From: Alphaproteobacteria bacterium
Lineage (GTDB): Bacteria; Pseudomonadota; Alphaproteobacteria; UBA828
Direction of reading: 5' to 3'
Assembly (NCBI GenBank): GCA_965220745.1
Contig: CBDCQT010000008.1
Span: 1 to 26,244 of the forward strand
DNA: 26,244 nucleotides
The position numbers and the translations under genes were made by a program. Position 1 is the first letter of the stretch; each line of letters starts with the position of its first letter. This document shows, piece by piece, positions 24,796 to 26,244 of this stretch. The notes beneath the pieces were generated by a model. It saw only the letters and a list, made by a program, of their open reading frames with translations. It was not told the DNA's origin and made no database searches.

Positions 24796-26049
24796 GTGGA
24801 GCGCGAGCGCGCCGGCGTGGCGGAGATCTTCCGCCGCGCCGGCGGCGCTTACCGTGAGCGCATGGCCGGCCGGCTCGACGCCGGACGGCTCAAGGTCATG
24901 GCGGCGATCGAGGCATGCCGCACCGCCGTGCTCGGTGGGCACATGTACGCGTGTGAGAGCTGCGGGCGCGAGCATCCGCTGTTCAACTCCTGCCGCAACC
25001 GGCACTGTCCGACCTGCCAGGGCATGGCCGCCAAGCGCTGGAGCGAGGCGCGCGCCGCCGAACTCCTGCCGGTGCCCTACTTCCACGTGGTCTTCACCCT
25101 GCCCAAGGAGGTCGCCGAGATCGCCTTCTGCAACCGCAGGGTCGTCTTCGACATCCTGTTCCGGACGGTGGCCGAGACCCTGCGCACCATCGTCGCCGAT
25201 CCTGGGCATGGGGGCATGCGCATCGGCGGCACCGCCGTCCTCCATACCTGGGATCAGAAGCTCCGCTTCCATCCCCATTTGCACGTGGTCGTGCCCAACG
25301 CGGGCTTCGACGTCGAGAGCGGCGAGTGGAAGACGGGGAGCGGCACCTGGCTCGCCCCCGTCAAGGTCCTCGCCAGCTTCTTCCGCCGCCGCTTCCTCGA
25401 AGACCTCGCCCGCGCCCATGGGCGGGGCGAGCTGGAGTTCCACGGCACCGTCGAGCATCTCGCCAATCCCGGCGAGTTCCATGCCGTCCTCGCCGCCGCC
25501 CGCGGCAGGGACTGGGTGGTCTACGCCAAGCGGCCCTTCCGCGGGCCGGTGCAGGTGTTCCGATACCTCGCCCGCTACACGCACAGGATCGCCATCGGTG
25601 ACAGCCGCATCGCCGGCTTCGATGGCGAGACCGTCTCCTTCCGGCACCGGAAGCCGAAGCAGCCAGGGCAGAAGAAGCCGCGCTACGGCACCATGACCGT
25701 CAGCGCCGACGAGTTCATCCGCCGCTTCCTGCTCCACGTCCTGCCCGACGGGATGCACCGCATCCGTCACTTCGGCATCCTCGCCAACGGATGCCGGGCC
25801 ACCACGCTGGAGCATGCCCGCGAGGCTCTCGGCTCTATCGGCTGCCCCGACGGCGAGGGTGTTGATGACGATGCGCCCGAAGGTGAACGTGAGCGCGACG
25901 AAGCAGTGCAGCCCGAGGCGGCTCCCGTGGCCTGTCCCGATTGCGGGGCGGCGCTGCGCCTCGTCCGCCAGATCCCTCGCCAGCGTCCCGCCCACGCGAG
26001 CCGGGCGCCACCCGGCGGCCGACCGAACACGGGTCGCAGCCGTGAGTAG
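24796..26049 (+). CDS. IS91-family Y2 transposase, second identical copy
   Basis: Same 417-aa protein as 19168-20421. Confidence 0.95.
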   Translation: MERERAGVAEIFRRAGGAYRERMAGRLDAGRLKVMAAIEACRTAVLGGHMYACESCGREHPLFNSCRNRHCPTCQGMAAKRWSEARAAELLPVPYFHVVFTLPKEVAEIAFCNRRVVFDILFRTVAETLRTIVADPGHGGMRIGGTAVLHTWDQKLRFHPHLHVVVPNAGFDVESGEWKTGSGTWLAPVKVLASFFRRRFLEDLARAHGRGELEFHGTVEHLANPGEFHAVLAAARGRDWVVYAKRPFRGPVQVFRYLARYTHRIAIGDSRIAGFDGETVSFRHRKPKQPGQKKPRYGTMTVSADEFIRRFLLHVLPDGMHRIRHFGILANGCRATTLEHAREALGSIGCPDGEGVDDDAPEGERERDEAVQPEAAPVACPDCGAALRLVRQIPRQRPAHASRAPPGGRPNTGRSRE

Positions 26050-26244
26050 TCCCCTCGCTTCAGCTTCTTGCGCCGATGCCGTCACCCCGGCAGGCCAACG
26101 AGCTCGTGCGCGGTCTCACGCGCGGGTGAAGCCTCCCCGCCGACTCAGGGCGATCCCCCCCATCATCGTGACGACCGGCATCTCGGCAGCGGCGGAAACA
26201 GCGGCAACGGCCCCGCCAATCGTCCCTTCGTAAGCCCTCCATCA

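Larger units (their letters stand above)
23980..26244 (+). mobile_element. Right part of the outer IS91-like element (no IS21); runs off the window
   Basis: Matches 18352-20598 at offset 5628, then continues as 23865-23881. One C-run differs (7 C at 26155-26161 vs 6 C at 20527-20532). Confidence 0.92.

Overview
High-GC bacterial DNA, probably proteobacterial, in two blocks. (1) 1-17.7 kb: a four-gene surface-lipoprotein export cluster (TbpB-barrel lipoprotein A, Slam exporter 1, TbpB-barrel lipoprotein B, Slam exporter 2; Slam/type XI secretion-like) occurs twice as a near-perfect inverted repeat of at least 5.97 kb (1-5966 and 11154-17118). Both arms end exactly at the Shine-Dalgarno of lipoprotein A. 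They enclose a unique 5.2-kb core with two tandem paralogous arm-type tyrosine recombinases, an Rpn-family nuclease, a small CxxCxGxG ORF and a different upstream region at each end. This fits a recombinase-flipped phase or antigenic variation locus for Slam-exported lipoproteins, but the mirror image could be an assembly path through an invertible segment. (2) 17.7-26.2 kb: nested mobile elements. An IS21-family element (Cys-rich ORF, istA, istB, 5-bp TSD) sits inside an IS91-like element (tyrosine recombinase plus Y2/HUH transposase), which is itself inserted into the recombinase gene of an identical IS91-like copy. No rRNA, tRNA or CRISPR array was seen. All family calls come from motif recognition, not database searches.
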